The notes: generated by a model not told the origin, from the sequence alone. Shown: positions 50,294 to 64,000, counted from the first letter of the stretch. The stretch: DNA of 64,000 bases from Azolla caroliniana (GCA_043228905.1 JBHGNT010000006.1:15562001-15626000), one strand, 5' to 3'. Program-made: numbers and translations.

Positions 50294-51615
50294 TGTTAGG
50301 AGGGGACGGAGCCATGGATTTGATGGGTGGGGGATGGAGCCAAGAACGGCTCCACCCATCTCCCAAGGGGGTTTACATATTGAGAGTGACACAATATTGA
50401 GAGGCAAAACTTTCCCTATTTCTATATCCCTCATTCATGCTCCTTGGGTGGGGTTATATAGGTACATTACATGAGGGTTACAAATCAAGAACATACAATG
50501 GGTTTGTAGGTTAGTTATATAACCTTCCAACAACCTATACACTTTACATATTTGCACACATTCACATAAATGTGCATGTGTTTAATATATTAATATACTC
50601 ACACTTATGTGCACATTTGCACATACGCTTACACATGACTTTTAGTACAAAGACTTCACTTATCTATCCACATACCAACACTTATACACTCACTCATACA
50701 TTTACAATACCACGGATAACACATATGGCACGCCTGTGGGACAGTGCCTTGCATGGGTGAACCACATGCTTCAATAAACCCGAACATCAGTCCTTGGAAC
50801 ATAACTTATGACCGGAACTTCGTCGGTCTTCTCTTATAGTGTTGGTTCAAACTCCATCGATCGGAACACGCTTAACACGAACACAAACTCAACGACACAA
50901 ACCTCTCGTTCAATCGGAACATCCGTGAACATATAAACTTTGATACTCTCTCTCTTTTTTTGGCTTACAATGATATTTTGTGTATGTGTGTGTATGTTTA
51001 TTTTATTTTATGTGAGTTATTGTGAGTTTACAAAATTTTAAGATCTACCCTCATGTTTTTGAAATTCTTGGTAATGCTCTTCAAGTTTTGAAATTCCATT
51101 TTTTCCCGTAAATTTTTGAATTTTGGTGATGCCCTCATATTTTCTGTAATTCTTTGTCTGGTTGATGTTTCATTTTGTTCTTAATCTTCCATTTATCCTC
51201 TCTTTATTCCTCTGTTTGTTCTTCTTTTTTGTCCTTTCCCTCTGTATCTTCCTCCTCCTCCTTCTCTTCTTCTTCTTCTTCTTCTTCTTCTTCTCTGTTT
51301 CCTGTTGGTTGTCCGTCTCCATCTCCGTTTGTAATTTTTTTGTCGCAATATGTTAGCCGTCACTATTAGTTGTTGGTTGTCCGGCCACCGCCGCCTCCGC
51401 TTGACCGCTATCTGGTCACTATCTGGCCAATCGTCGTCGCCACTCGACTGCTGTCGGCCACTATCCAGCTAATTGCCACCACTCGACCGTTGTTTAGCCT
51501 CCACGTGGTCGTTGTTCGACCAATCGTCGTTGTTCGGCTACCACTCGGCCATTGTTCGGTCAATCGCCACCACTTGGCCGTTTTTCGGCGAATAGCCGTT
51601 GTTCGACCACCACTC
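50294..51615 (-). mobile_element. Partial non-autonomous LTR element related to 60531-63524, in opposite orientation
   Basis: LTR 50294-50721 shares GGCTCCACCC..CTCCCAAGGGGGTT with the rc of the 60531 LTR; followed by TGGCACGCCTGTGGGACAGTGCCTTGCA, matching the rc of 62990-63016. Confidence 0.75.
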
Positions 51616-52063
51616 GTAAATACACAGGATTTTTACGTGGAAAACCCAAATAGGGAAAAAAAACCACAGAAGCCCACGGACTCCAACTATCACTATAAGA
51701 GAAATGTACAATCAGAGCCTCAGAGGCAATGACCTCGAGCGTTGTATCTTCGCCAACCGGCGGTTACAACAGAGTATCTCTCTGTATCTCACACACTCTT
51801 TCTCTATCGCTCTCTCTATGCTACAATATGACAATAACAACAATAACCTTACAAAGTGATTCCCCTAAGTCATATTTATACTTATGTGAACTTAGGGATA
51901 TTTACAAATATAGCCTCAATAGGCTTACTCAAAACATATTTACAGATATGTCTTCTCTTCCAGTTCTCACTGGGTCTCCTCCGGTTTCTGGATCTCTTCC
52001 GGTTCTCACCAGGTCCTCTTTATTCATCACCGGATCCCATCTGAAGAGACCGATTTCCCAACA
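51616..52063 (-). mobile_element. Truncated Tork-like copia LTR
   Basis: Similar to 23315-23845; ends TTTCCCAACA. Confidence 0.75.
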
Positions 52064-53003
52064 GAAGAGAAAGGAATACTTTAATAAACCATTAGGAAAA
52101 GAATACCATCTTCTTAGTAAAAAAGTAACAACCCCAAAGAACTACTCTAATCTCAATGATACTAGTTCATAATAGTCATTCCTTCTTCTTTCTTTCTTCT
52201 ACCAAGACTCTTTCTTCTCACTTCTTCAAACCTTCTTATTTCTCCTCCCCCCTTCTTTTACATATTCTATTCTTCCTCCGTCTGCCCCCTTTTTTTGCTA
52301 AGAATACTCCCTCCTATTTATAGGTTTTTGGTTGCGTTATTCTTGCTTTTTCTTTTCCTTTTCTTTTTACATGTCCTCGAGTTTATGTGAGGCGTGTTTT
52401 ATATAATTATTTCTTCTTTGTCATCCACAATTTTTCATACAAGAATATCTCTTCGTTAGCTTTCTTAAGAACCTTTTCTTTTGAAATTTGGATATGAGAT
52501 GCAGAAGTTATGAGCTTTTTTCTTTGCCTTGCTTTTTCTGTTTTTTTTTTGCATCTTTTTTTCTTTTTCTTTTTCTTGCTTTCTCTACTTTTGAAAAACG
52601 CCTCTAACTTTATATCCCTTCAAGTTTCTTTGTCTTTTAACTCTTGAACCTTTCATATCGTGCTTTATTCTTATATACTTTAGCATCCAATGTATTTGCC
52701 ACGGTCTTTTCTTAGGAGCAAAAATTGACTTCACATTTAGCTCCCCTCCTTGCTTCTTGAGCAAACCATTTAGGTGAGCCTAGAATAGAAAGAAGAGGAA
52801 AAAACTCCTTCGCCTTTTGGGAGAATATAGACAAAGAAGGAGAATAAATACTAAAAATATATCAAATTATTGTATGAGAAAAAACCTCCGTTAAGTGGTA
52901 GGAAACAAATCTCACACTCCTAGACACACCCACCCACACACGTTGACAATCTCCATTACCATCTTTCTCCTTGTCAACACAAAGAAAGAGGTTACCACAA
53001 TTA

Positions 53004-53507
53004 TTATGCCAACTCTCCAAACACAAGTAGGGCCATGCGATACATAACTCTTGATAGAAGTATGCATGTCAACATATGAATAAACCTTTCAAGCGAGCGA
53101 ACATTTTGCACAAATACCTTCGACGTTTTGAGACTTTTTCGAGTTGTTACCTTTCGAATTACTTCGATCTTTGCTTCATAAACATGACTTCCTTCTTGGC
53201 ACACCACATTTTACACATTACCTTGTCTTATATATACAACTATTTCATCTAGAATCTGATCTCGAAAAGGAAGCAAAAATTGACTGTGTTTGGTTGAATC
53301 AATCAAGAGTTTGAAGTCCATGTCATTCTTCTTTGGAATCACAACAATAGGTGACACACACTTCAAATCCTCCATATAATAAATGAAACTCACTTGCAAC
53401 AATGCTTTGAAATCCTTTGTAAGGTCTTCCTTTTTCATAATCCCCAATCGTCGAAGCTTTTGGGTAATTGGTACACTTTCCTTCAACTTGATGTGGTGCT
53501 TGATGCT
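53004..53507 (-). pseudogene. Degenerate gypsy RT fragment
   Basis: IKHHIKLKES, VSPIVVIPKKN, LPFRDQILDEI. Confidence 0.65.
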
Positions 53508-56500
53508 TGTCAGAACCAAGAATAAAAGATAGAGTGATGGAAGAAGGATATAAAGGCACATGAGAAGAAAGGAAGGAAATGCTAAGAGAAGAATGGGTGT
53601 AGAAAGAAAGAGAAAGAAAGAGAAAGAAAGAGAATGGATACAAGATATTTAATAAGAGCTAAAGACTGGTGTTAATTCATATTGATTTGAGAATACATGT
53701 ATGCCCTTATTTATAGGTTCCTATAGAATAGCTTAGAGATTTCTATAATGTTCTAGAATGTTCTAGAGTTTTTACAATAATCAATCTAATACAAAAAGTA
53801 GCTTTTATCCTCTCATATGACAATAAGTTATCTTAATGGTTGAGGTTTTCAATTATGGATTACATGGTTCCAGGTTCAAGTCTGGGTGACGCCATAATGG
53901 TCATGTGTTCATGACACTATCCCTCCTTCGAGAACGCAAAGTGGAAGTTAGTGTTAACATTGTAGGGCCGGGTTTGTTCGGATAGTGGCAATGAAAGTCG
54001 TCGACAAGAGCTTGAGCATTACAAATGGTATCGGCAGGTTCCCAAGTGCGATCACTCGGAGGATAGCCAAGCCAATAAACTAGATAATAAAGCTTATTGT
54101 GCATAATCTTAGAATCAAGAATAACAACTACCTCGTATTTGGGGCCGTCAACCAGTTGGACAAAAGGCGGTGGTGTGGTACAACATGATTAGGAATTAAA
54201 GAGGTGCGGCAAGGTTCCAAAAGAGAGCTATGAAAGACAAGGTGAAGCCACATATGTGCAGGAAGGTTAGCACGAAATGTTGCATCATTAATCTACACTG
54301 TGATGACAAAAGGACCTAAGCGTTGATAATCAAGCTTAGCACATGGGCGGGTAGTCTTGATGTGACAACGAAGCAACCATACTCGGTCACCAACCTTAAA
54401 AAGAGACTTAAGACGATGTCGATTGGCATTGGTTCTTATGGTGTTCTTGTGCTTTTTGAAGATGTGAAGATAACTCAAACTGGATTTGTTGTAGTCGGTG
54501 GAGGTGATGTGCCAGGCTAGGGTTTCGTGACACCTCAGGGAGCTCCAGGATACACCATCAAGGGTGGTTGCCAGTGTAGGCAAAGAAAGGTGTAACTTTG
54601 GTAGATGAGTGTACCGTGTGGTTGTATGCAAACTTGGCAAGATGTAAAATATTGCTCCAATCATCTTGTTGATATCTAATGAAGCATCGAAGATACTGCT
54701 TGAGTGTTTGATTTGTGTGCTCTATTTGTCCGTCAGTTTGTGGATGATAAGCCGAAGAGAGTTTGTAGGAGATTTTGAGGCCTGCCCATAGGTGCTTACA
54801 AAAGTGTGAGATAAATTGAGGACCTCGATTGCTAATAATATCATTTGGGAGACCATGATAGCGAAACATCTGATGCATAATGAGATCTGTAGTTTCTTCA
54901 CTACTAATGGTCTTTACACACGGTACAAAATGCGCCATCTTTGTGAACCGATCCACTACTATTAAAATACCATCAAAGCCTATGGAAGGTGGAAAATCCG
55001 TAATTAAATCCATAGAAATAGACTGCCATGGCTTGCTGGGAGGTGGTAATGGTTGTAGTAAGCCATAAGGATGATGCCTGGGTATTTTGGCTGATAACAA
55101 CGTAATCTCTGACAAATTTTTGCATGTGAGGCCACCAAAACGAACGTTTTACCAACTCAATGGTCTTGGCAATACCAAAATGTCCAGCCATGGGGGCATC
55201 ATGACAGTGTTCTAACACTTGAAGTTGGGGTGATCCGTCTAGGACGTAAAGGAGATTCTTGTAGAAGAGTAAGTCATCTTGCCACTTGAAGTCCTGATAA
55301 TGTTGAGATGACCCTTGCAATGTGGAGCAAGATGGACGACTTGAACCAATGTGGGCTAAGACATCCTTAGGGAAATCATCAAAGTGAAGTTGTTGCTGAA
55401 TAATGTCAAAAAGGCTAGAATCAAGTGGTGTGGCATAAATTGTTGTTGCATGTAGCTTTGATGGCTCGAGGAGAATCTGTTTTGATTGTCAAAGGCCAGA
55501 TCTCCAGGTCGAAGAGTGAGATACGAACGCCGAGACAAAGCATCTGCTTTCCCTTGTTGTTTTCTAGGGTGAAAAATGATCTTGAAATCGAACTGTGTTA
55601 GAAATTGGGCCCATCGAGCTTGTCGTCTATTTAATACTCGAGCTATTTGAAACTATGTGAGATTTTTATGATCACTATAAATGATAATCTGATGAGGCGA
55701 TCCAACTAGAAAATGACACCATTGCTCGAATCAATCAACCACAGCTAGTAACTCCTTGTCATGCACCTCATACTTTATCTCCAAAATAGTAAATTTTCTC
55801 GAGTGAAATGAGACTGGATGAGTATGCATGTCCTTGCATGGTTACGATAGGATACTCCCCAATGTGAAGTCTGATGCATCCACCTCAATAGTAAATGGCT
55901 TTTCGGGATCAATATGCACTAGGATAGGTGCTGATGTGAATACCTCTTTCAGCTGAGTAAAAGCCTTGTCCGCTTTGATATTCCAAAAAAATGCTTGATT
56001 TTTCTTGGTGAGTTGGGTGAGGGGCAACACAATGCTTGAATAATTCAGTATGAATTTGCGATAGAAGTTCGCAAATCTGAGGAAAAACTGGACGTCCCGA
56101 GCTGAGCATGGGGGTTTCCATTCCAATATTATTTGGACTTTTGCCGGATCCATGAAAATACCCTTGGATGAAATAGTGTATCCTAAAAATTCCACTTGTT
56201 TGCAATCAAAACTGCATTTCTTAAGTTTGGCAGAAAATCCATACTTTCTTAAGCGTTCAAGTACTTTCCGCACATGTATATCATGCTCCTCCTGTGTTTT
56301 AGAGTAAATCAACACGTCATCTAGGTAGATGATGAGAAAGATATCCAAGAAATCCTTGAAAATTTCATTTACCATATGTTGAAATATTGCGGGTGCATTT
56401 GTGAGCCCGAAAGGCATGACTGTATACTCGAAATGACCATACCAAGTACGAAATGCAGTTTTCCACTCATCTCCCGGTCGAGTTCGAACAAGATTATATG

Positions 56501-58805
56501 CACCCCTTAGATCAATTTTGGTAAAATGTTTTGCCCCACCAATGCGTTGTAAGAGACTAGAGATTAAAGGTAGAGCGTACCTATTCCTTATGGTGACTTA
56601 TTTAAGCCTCGATAGTCCACGACCAAATGAAGGGAGACGTCCTTTTTCTTCACAAAAAAGATAGGAGCACCAACAAGAGACTTTGAATGTCAAATAAACC
56701 CATGTGCAAGATTTTCCTCAATGTATTCTCGAAGAACCTCAAGCTAATCGGTGATAAATTGTAAATCAGGCCCCATAGTGGTTCTTTTCCTGGTTGGGGA
56801 TCAATAGAACAGTCGTACAACCGATGCTTTCGAAGAACACTAGCTTTGACTTTGTCGAAAACATCAGCATAGTCTTGATATTTTTTGGGAATTTGGATGT
56901 TTGAATTCCCTTGAGTGGCACTAGAAAGTGCCACTGATACTGCAAATAACAAAAGGTCCTCCTTGCCTCCCACTTCGTGCAATTGTTGCAATGTGATGGC
57001 TGAAATTTGATGAAAAGGAGATAGTGCATTGGTAGAACTATATTCTTCAAGAGAATAATCCTGAGTTCGATCCTTGGCGATGATATTTTCTGCTGAAGGG
57101 CACCAAATTTCTCGCTTCCTCCAATCGATTCTAGGGTTATGTAGGTCGAACCATGGCAAACCGAGGACAATTGGATGCTCAGGACTACAGATTATGTTAA
57201 AGGAAACTACACATCCTAAATCACCTAAGAGTATGTGTATTGGCTCAGACTCTTCGAATATCTTCCCGAAAGCTATGGGACGTCCATCAATCACTACTAC
57301 GGAAACTAGACAAGGAAGTGTATGCAAGGATATTTGATGCTTTGGGCAAAATCTCTATTCATGAAACAAGAATTGGCTCCAGTATCTAAGAGGGCTTGGA
57401 CTTGAAGTTGACAACTTGGTGTCCTAACTTGTACTTGGGTTGAGAAGACTCTATTAACATGCTTGGAAGAAATGGAACCCACACTAGGTTGTATATATCT
57501 TGGGTTGTCCAACCAAATGGATCCTATTTTGGCCAAAGTTATTCGTTTGACTCCTCTTCTAATTGGCTTAGGACTTCAAACTTATTGGAAACGGGTGGAT
57601 TATTCATAATATTAGATTCACTGATTGTTTCTAAAATGTCCTGGCCTACAGGAGCAATGAATGGCTATATGTCCTGGACCTCCGCAATATAAGCACAGAC
57701 GGTTTGTTCGGCGTCATTGCTTCTCTTCGTCCAACAAGGATCCTCGTCGTTGAGTGATATCGATCTCCATGGGTCTAGAACTATCCATTGGGATTGGACT
57801 ACGTGTTTGCCTTGGAGTAGGAGCAGTGCTATATGTTTGCCTTCAAAATGATTGTGCCTTTACTGATGCATAAGTAGGTGTGAATCTTGATCTTGTTATT
57901 TGTTGTTGTCGCTCACATTGACGCTCAAAAAGGAAATTATCACACTGTATTGCTCGACTAATAGCTTCTGTAAGTGACCTTGGATCCTCGTGGAGGGTAA
58001 GAAGTAAGTCTTTGACATCATTACGAAGGCCTGAACGAAATTGATCCATTACGGATTGTTCATCCCAAGGAATATCGCTTGCGATGAGACGGAAATTGGT
58101 TGCATATGTCGAAGTTGGCTGATCACCTTTACGTAGTGTACAAATCTTGTTGATGGTTGTTGTCGCCCCTTCGGTATCTTTGAAACAAGCGTTAAATTCT
58201 TTGATAAATTCCTCAAAATTATTCAGTAGAGGAGAATTTGTCTCTAGCAATGGAGCAAATCACGACAACGCTATGCCAGTCAATAAGGTGCCCACTAACC
58301 CGACTCATGATGCATCTATCAAATAACGTGTGGGATGCATTTGAATCACAAACCGTATTTTATTCAAGAAACCTCAGAAATGTGCCCTCGAACAGTCAAA
58401 TTTAGCTCGGAGGCTTATTTTGGGCTCCTTGATAAGTCCTTGATCTTCGACCCTTTGTTGTTGTAACACTACGATTGTCGACTCTAATTGTTGAACCCGT
58501 CGCGTGAACTCCTCTTGTTGCTGCTGCTTCTCTATAGTAACCTTTTGTAGATCCCCAAGTATACGTTGATTCTCTACTTCAAGAGATGCGAACTTGGATT
58601 TAAGATTCTCCATTTCTACAACAAGGGTGAGATATTCTTCTGAGTTAATGGCGGCCATGGTTTCATGATGGTTATAGAGGAGGATGAGAGAGTGAGAGAG
58701 AGAGAGAGAGAGAGGGAATTCGAATCAAACTGTCAGAACCAAGAATAAAAGATAGAATGATGGAAGAAGGATATAAGGGAATACGAGAAGAAAGGAACAA
58801 AATGC
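53508..58805 (-). mobile_element. Second Tcn1-like chromovirus element; 5' LTR interrupted by an L1-type LINE
   Basis: 3' LTR 53508-53916, PPT rc GAAGGAGGGATAG, 5' LTR stub 58731-58805. Chromodomain YLVYWLGYPPSDRTWEP, IYLDDVLIYS, LLDTGA, gag from 58658. Confidence 0.9.
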
Positions 58806-59841
58806 TTTATTTTATTTTATTTTATTTTAGTAACAGTTTTATTACTAGTGGGAAACCTCAAAGTTTAGGTGAAAACCCACAAAGAATAAAGAAAAATATA
58901 CAAGTGTCGATTAGACACTAAAGAGCTTAAAAGCACTCAAAGCAAAGGTTGTAAATTTGGAGTGTGATGTCTCTAAGTTGCATACAATCAAATAGAGATT
59001 GCCTGAGGGATTGCTTAAAGAAGCTAACTTCATGCAGTTGGTTTCGATCAAAGACCTTATTATTGCGGGCTGTCCAAATGGTCCAAAGTGCCCAAAATCG
59101 TGTCCATTGGAGAAAATAGGCATTGTCGGATAGGGCGCATGGAATTTGTCCAAATATCCAAAAGTGTTTACCAAACCTTCAGCCAGGAAATATGTAATAA
59201 AGATGCACATAGTCTTTGTACAGATGTTGTAGTGAATGAACAAGTCCATAATAAGTGTGGGACTGTTTCCAATCGTCCACCACATCTTGCACAATGCGGC
59301 GAGGCTATCGATCGCTTTTGAAGATTCGACCTAGTCGGGAGCACACCCAATAAGCATCTCCATAGGAATACTCGTTGCTTAAGTGGAAGACCAGAGCTCC
59401 ATAAGCTTGCAAGCCTGTTATTCCACCAGGATTGCGTTTTGTGTAGGTTCCATAATGCATTTGCATGTTCATGAAACCATGAGTAAGGTTGCAACAACAT
59501 ATACACTGAATGTGTTGTAATGTTATGCATTGGAATAACAATGTTCCCTTTTTGTAACATCCAATCCAGAATCCTGTCATCTCCATTGAGAGGTGGCACA
59601 GGTACTAAGGAAAGCACCAACTGAGTGACTTGATTCCATATAACACGATGATGTGGCCCAAGATTATAACGACATGTCATGTCATTGAAGTGCAATAAGT
59701 GACCTTGTCATTTACCATATTTGCAATTGATTTCAGTCCCTTCTTTCCTAAAAAATAAGCTTTCCTAGGCTCTTTTTCAACTTATGACTATGGGAATATA
59801 GCACTCTAGTGTAAGCTTTCGAGGCGTAAAGAGTTCCCTGA

Positions 59842-59929
59842 TTCGGAATTCCTACCTCTCCATTTTATGTGGTGCAATACGTCCTTTCGGAATTCCTACC
59901 TCTCCATTTTATGTGGTGCAATACGTCTT
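59842..59929. repeat. 44-bp tandem duplication inside the LINE
   Basis: TTCGGAATTCCTACCTCTCCATTTTATGTGGTGCAATACGTC occurs twice. Confidence 0.9.
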
Positions 59930-60530
59930 TCCAATGCTTTAGAAGCCTTGAGCTAAATGGACAACTTTTGATGTGCCCGTCAAGCTTTCCAAACACTATA
60001 TCCCAATGATTAGTTTCCCATGAGCCAAATGACTTAGTTTTCAAATGATCAAACATATCAGATTGCATTCTTGCCCAAGGCAATGTTTTTTCAACAAATT
60101 TCGGCAATAAAGTAGCTTTTCTAGCCAACATATGCAAATGCAAATTAAGAAAATTTAGTGGGCCTCCACTCAATCGTGGAGTGCCTATCTTCTCTAATGA
60201 TAAAAGTTGTATACCTCTATGTGACTCCTTAGAGCACCAAAAGCTGCTTATGATTTCTGAGTTAATCTTTTGTGTCATGTGTTTCAGCCAATCAATCATA
60301 ATTAAGTAATATTGCATATAAGCCATGAATATTGATTGCACTATCCTCAATCTGACATGGAGTGGCCATGTTGCAATCTTCCAATAGCATAGCTTTTGTC
60401 TCACTTTTTGCAAAAACCATTCAACCTTTCTTTTCCTTGTTGCATTCCATCCCAATGGATAGCCAAGATGTCTAATCATTTCATTTGGGCTAACAACCTG
60501 AGATGGCCACAAAAGTTGATGCCAACTATA

Positions 60531-63524
60531 TGTTACCCCGTACGAGATGTACGGAGAGTCAAGTGTGATGAGCGAGGGTCGAATGTTATCATGATGTGGT
60601 TGTGTATGTGTAGGGGGCATAAATATAATTGTGAGTCTATACATATGTGAACACATGCACACGTGTGTGCATGTGGATGGATACAAGGAGGTGTGAGTGA
60701 GTGTCCAGTATGAATGCTCGAGGGGGCTTACACCCCTATGTATCTACCCCCTCTTGTACTATTTAACCCCTTATGGGGAATGAATGAAATATGAATAACC
60801 ATTTTCTCTCTCTCTCTTTGTCATCTCTCTCTCTCTCTCCCCCTTAACGTTGAACCCCCTTGGGAGGGGGGTGGAGCCATTCTAGGCACCACCCCCCACC
60901 CCGCAATGCTTCTCTATATGATCTCTCTCACCATCATACTCTCCATCACCATGTCTATCTTCATTACCAATCATCATAGTTATCATTCATCATCATCATC
61001 GTCCTTAACCCTAACCCTAAAACCTACAACACTTTTTGGCGACCACTAAGGTGACCCCCCTTTGGAGACGGAGTCCAAGAATGATACGCGGCGATGCAAG
61101 AAAAGCAACAAATGATGGCGATGATGTGTAGGAACTATACAAGTGAGTGAGAAATTGAAGATTGACAATGTATTCGTCACAAAACAAGGAACTGATGAAT
61201 CGACAAAGAAGTGTTAAGCATCCCTCATCCATGTTTAGCCATAAGCAGAGACAAATATATCCTTTGATGTGTGTTAAAGTAGAGACAAATTTATCCACAG
61301 TTTACAAGTTAAAGCACAAATGTGTCTCCTCATTATCACCATTTCAATCATCATCATCATATCCACCTAGATCATTCTTAACGAAGAGGGAGAAGATGAT
61401 GATCATGATGAAGGTGAATATGAACATGAAATGATGTGTGGTTCGTGCAATTATGCTTCGTTGACAAAGACAGGGAAGGACGGAGAAATAAACGCACAAC
61501 CAAATAGAGACGATTGAAGGGCCCGAAAGAAAGTCATGGCCGTACGGCCAGAAGGACCGAACAAAGCCAAAGACAAAAATGGTTAGACACAGCCGAACCG
61601 TGGCCAAAACGGAGGCCAGAAGAACGCTCGGATAATGACGACTGAACAGAGCGGCCATGCGACTGGAGGCCGGCCAGACAGGGTTGGCGACGACGAGAAA
61701 GGCGTCAAGAATGGTCACCACCAACCGACAGCAGCCGGAGCGGAGCGGCCGGAGAGCAGTCGGAATGGCCGGATAACGACTGAAGAGTGGCCAGAATGGC
61801 CGAACAACGGCTGAAGAGCAGCAAGGCAACAGTCGGAACGGTCGGAATAGCCGGACAGTGGCTGTAGCAACCGGAGCGGCCGGAGGGTCAGACAAGGGTC
61901 GGATGAAGCTGCATCGGTCGCCAAACAAACGATGGCGGCCGGAACGATGATGGAGTTAGCGTACAACCGACCAGAGACACGCTGGACAAAGACGGCCATA
62001 ACAGAGACATTGATGCCGAAAAGCGATGGACCTCGGCCAAAACCGACGGCCGAATAGGGCCGACAAGGTCGGTGACAGAGACATCTGGAGATGGACCGGA
62101 CAAACATGGCCAGACGGGCTAGACAGCGGAAAGAGCGGCCAAAAGGGCCGGAAATCGGTCGAAACGGCGGGAGATGGAGACGGACGAGCGGCCAAAGAGT
62201 GGTTGAGGAGCGGCTGAAGCGGCCGTAATAACCGAACAGTGGCCGGAGTGGCCAAACGGGTTGGACAGATGACCAACCACGACAACCAAACAAAGACAAC
62301 GCAAAGAAGAAAGAGGCAGACATACAGAAAATAAGAAGAAGAGAGAAGAGAAATGCAAGGAAGAAGAAGAACAGAGAAGGAAGAAAAAGAAGATGTCATG
62401 GAAGAAGAGAAAGGCATGAATAGACAGACACGAAGTGGAAGAAACAGAGATAGAAGAAGAAAGAGAGAGGAGGAAAAGAAAGACAGGAAGAGGAGAAGAA
62501 GCAACGGTTAACACCAAGAAGGAGGAAGAAGATGCAGACAAGACGCAGGAGAAAACGTAAGAAGACAAACAATAATAAAAAAAAATGAGAGGGAAAAAGA
62601 GAAGAGAGGGGCATGCGAAGAAATTTTAAAATGTTGAGGGTAACAGCCTAAAATTTAAGAAATTAGGGGGTACTAAATGAAATTTTCAAAACTCGAGGGT
62701 ACATATCAAATTTAAAAAAAAAAAAACGACACCACCAAAATTTTGAAAATACCCAAGACTACTCACACACACTCAAAACAAAGGAAGAACATACATATAC
62801 ATGACATGATTTTGGACCCATGACGAAGTTCGTAAGCCGACAGAACGAGAATGTTCGTGTCGCGGAAAGATTTGCTGACTGACAAAGATGTTCGAGTCAA
62901 GCACTCCGATCGAGGGAGTCAATCGTTGAAAGGACCGATGGAAGTTCCGGTCGAAGAAATATCATCATCAAGGCATGTGGGATCAACGTGCAAGGCACTT
63001 TCCCACGGGCGTGCCATATTGTGTTACCCCGTACGAGATGTACGGAGAGTCAAGTGTGATGAGCGAGGGTCGAATGTTATCATGATGTGGTTGTGTATGT
63101 GTAGGGGGCATAAATATAATTGTGAGTCTATACATATGTGAACACATGCACACGTGTGTGCATGTGGATGGATACAAGGAGGTGTGAGTGAGTGTCCAGT
63201 ATGAATGCTCGAGGGGGCTTACACCCCTATGTATCTACCCCCTCTTGTACTATTTAACCCCTTATGGGGAATGAATGAAATATGAATAACCATTTTCTCT
63301 CTCTCTCTCTTTGTCATCTCTCTCTCTCTCTCCCCCTTAACGTTGAACCCCCTTGGGAGGGGGGTGGAGCCATTCTAGGCACCACCCCCCACCCCGCAAT
63401 GCTTCTCTATATGATCTCTCTCACCATCATACTCTCCATCACCATGTCTATCTTCATTACCAATCATCATAGTTATCATTCATCATCATCATCGTCCTTA
63501 ACCCTAACCCTAAAACCTACAACA
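60531..63524 (+). mobile_element. Young non-autonomous 3-kb LTR element with two inward-facing PBSs
   Basis: LTRs 60531-61031 and 63022-63524, identical by eye except one CT unit; perfect TSD CTATA; TGGCGACCAC at 61037 and TCCCACGGGCGTGCCA at 63001-63016; no retroelement coding domain. Confidence 0.93.
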
Positions 63525-64000
63525 CTATATGGCATCAAGGGTAGAAGTTTGGACTTGTTGAAGTTAACATGCAATCCAGTAGCCAATCCATACAATTTGA
63601 GGGCATCCATAATCACCCTCATATCATTTGGATTGTTTTGTGATAGGAATGATGTATCATTTGTATATTCTTGAGCCACGAAATCATGTCCATCTTTCAT
63701 TTGCAAACCATGAAGTTGAGCAATTGATACTAGATGATCCATGTACAATAATAGTGGATGAGTTGTGATTGCATACAACAATGCACTTACAGGACAACCT
63801 TGTCATACTAATTTGGCTAAGCTCCATGAATTTGTCAATTCACCGTCAATAATGCATGAAGATGTGTTAGACCCATAAAGCCAATAGATTACATGAGACA
63901 TTTTCGGACCAAATCCTAGTTTGACCATTGTGGCTACCACAATCCCATTGGATGGTGTCAAAGACCTTTTCAATGTCAATTTGCATGAGCAATACATCTT

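Larger units (their letters stand above)
58806..64000 (-). mobile_element. Degenerate L1-clade LINE (RT, zf-RVT, A-rich tail), interrupted by an LTR element
   Basis: rc (TAAAA)n tail at 58806-58829; FLWRCLLGVLPT...CARCGGRLETVPHLLWTC; RHLGYPL; QEYTNDT and GLHVNFNKSKL beyond 63525. Confidence 0.85.

Noticed and set aside
61344-62614. Overlapping 150-200 aa minus-strand ORFs as genes
   Set aside because: Low-complexity translations of GC-rich CGGCC repeats and a GA-rich tract, open in several frames with no domain motifs

Overview
Eukaryotic land-plant DNA, probably from a non-seed plant such as a fern (inferred from Tcn1-like chromoviruses and an RTEX-like LINE). There is one host gene: a 4-exon chloroplast-type GNAT acetyltransferase (GNAT10-like, 5671-8028, minus strand). 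The rest is a deeply nested pile of Ty1/copia, Ty3/gypsy and LINE retroelements, many bounded by readable LTR ends and target-site duplications (TSDs). The most striking signal is in four Ty3/gypsy-type LTR copies. They have no polypurine tract (PPT) next to the 3' LTR and instead carry an inverted tRNA-Arg primer-binding site (PBS), ...TCCCACGGGCGTGCCA in RNA sense. The two complete elements therefore have two inward-facing PBSs, which suggests tRNA-primed or tRNA-mimic-primed plus-strand synthesis. Other notable signals are antisense tRNA-like Pol III A/B-box modules in the U3 of three LTR families, Tf1-like self-priming complementarity and a -1 frameshift cassette in two Tcn1-like elements, and a coiled-coil extra ORF with its own internal promoter. 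Everything was read by eye. Family names and tRNA identities come from recall and need database confirmation.
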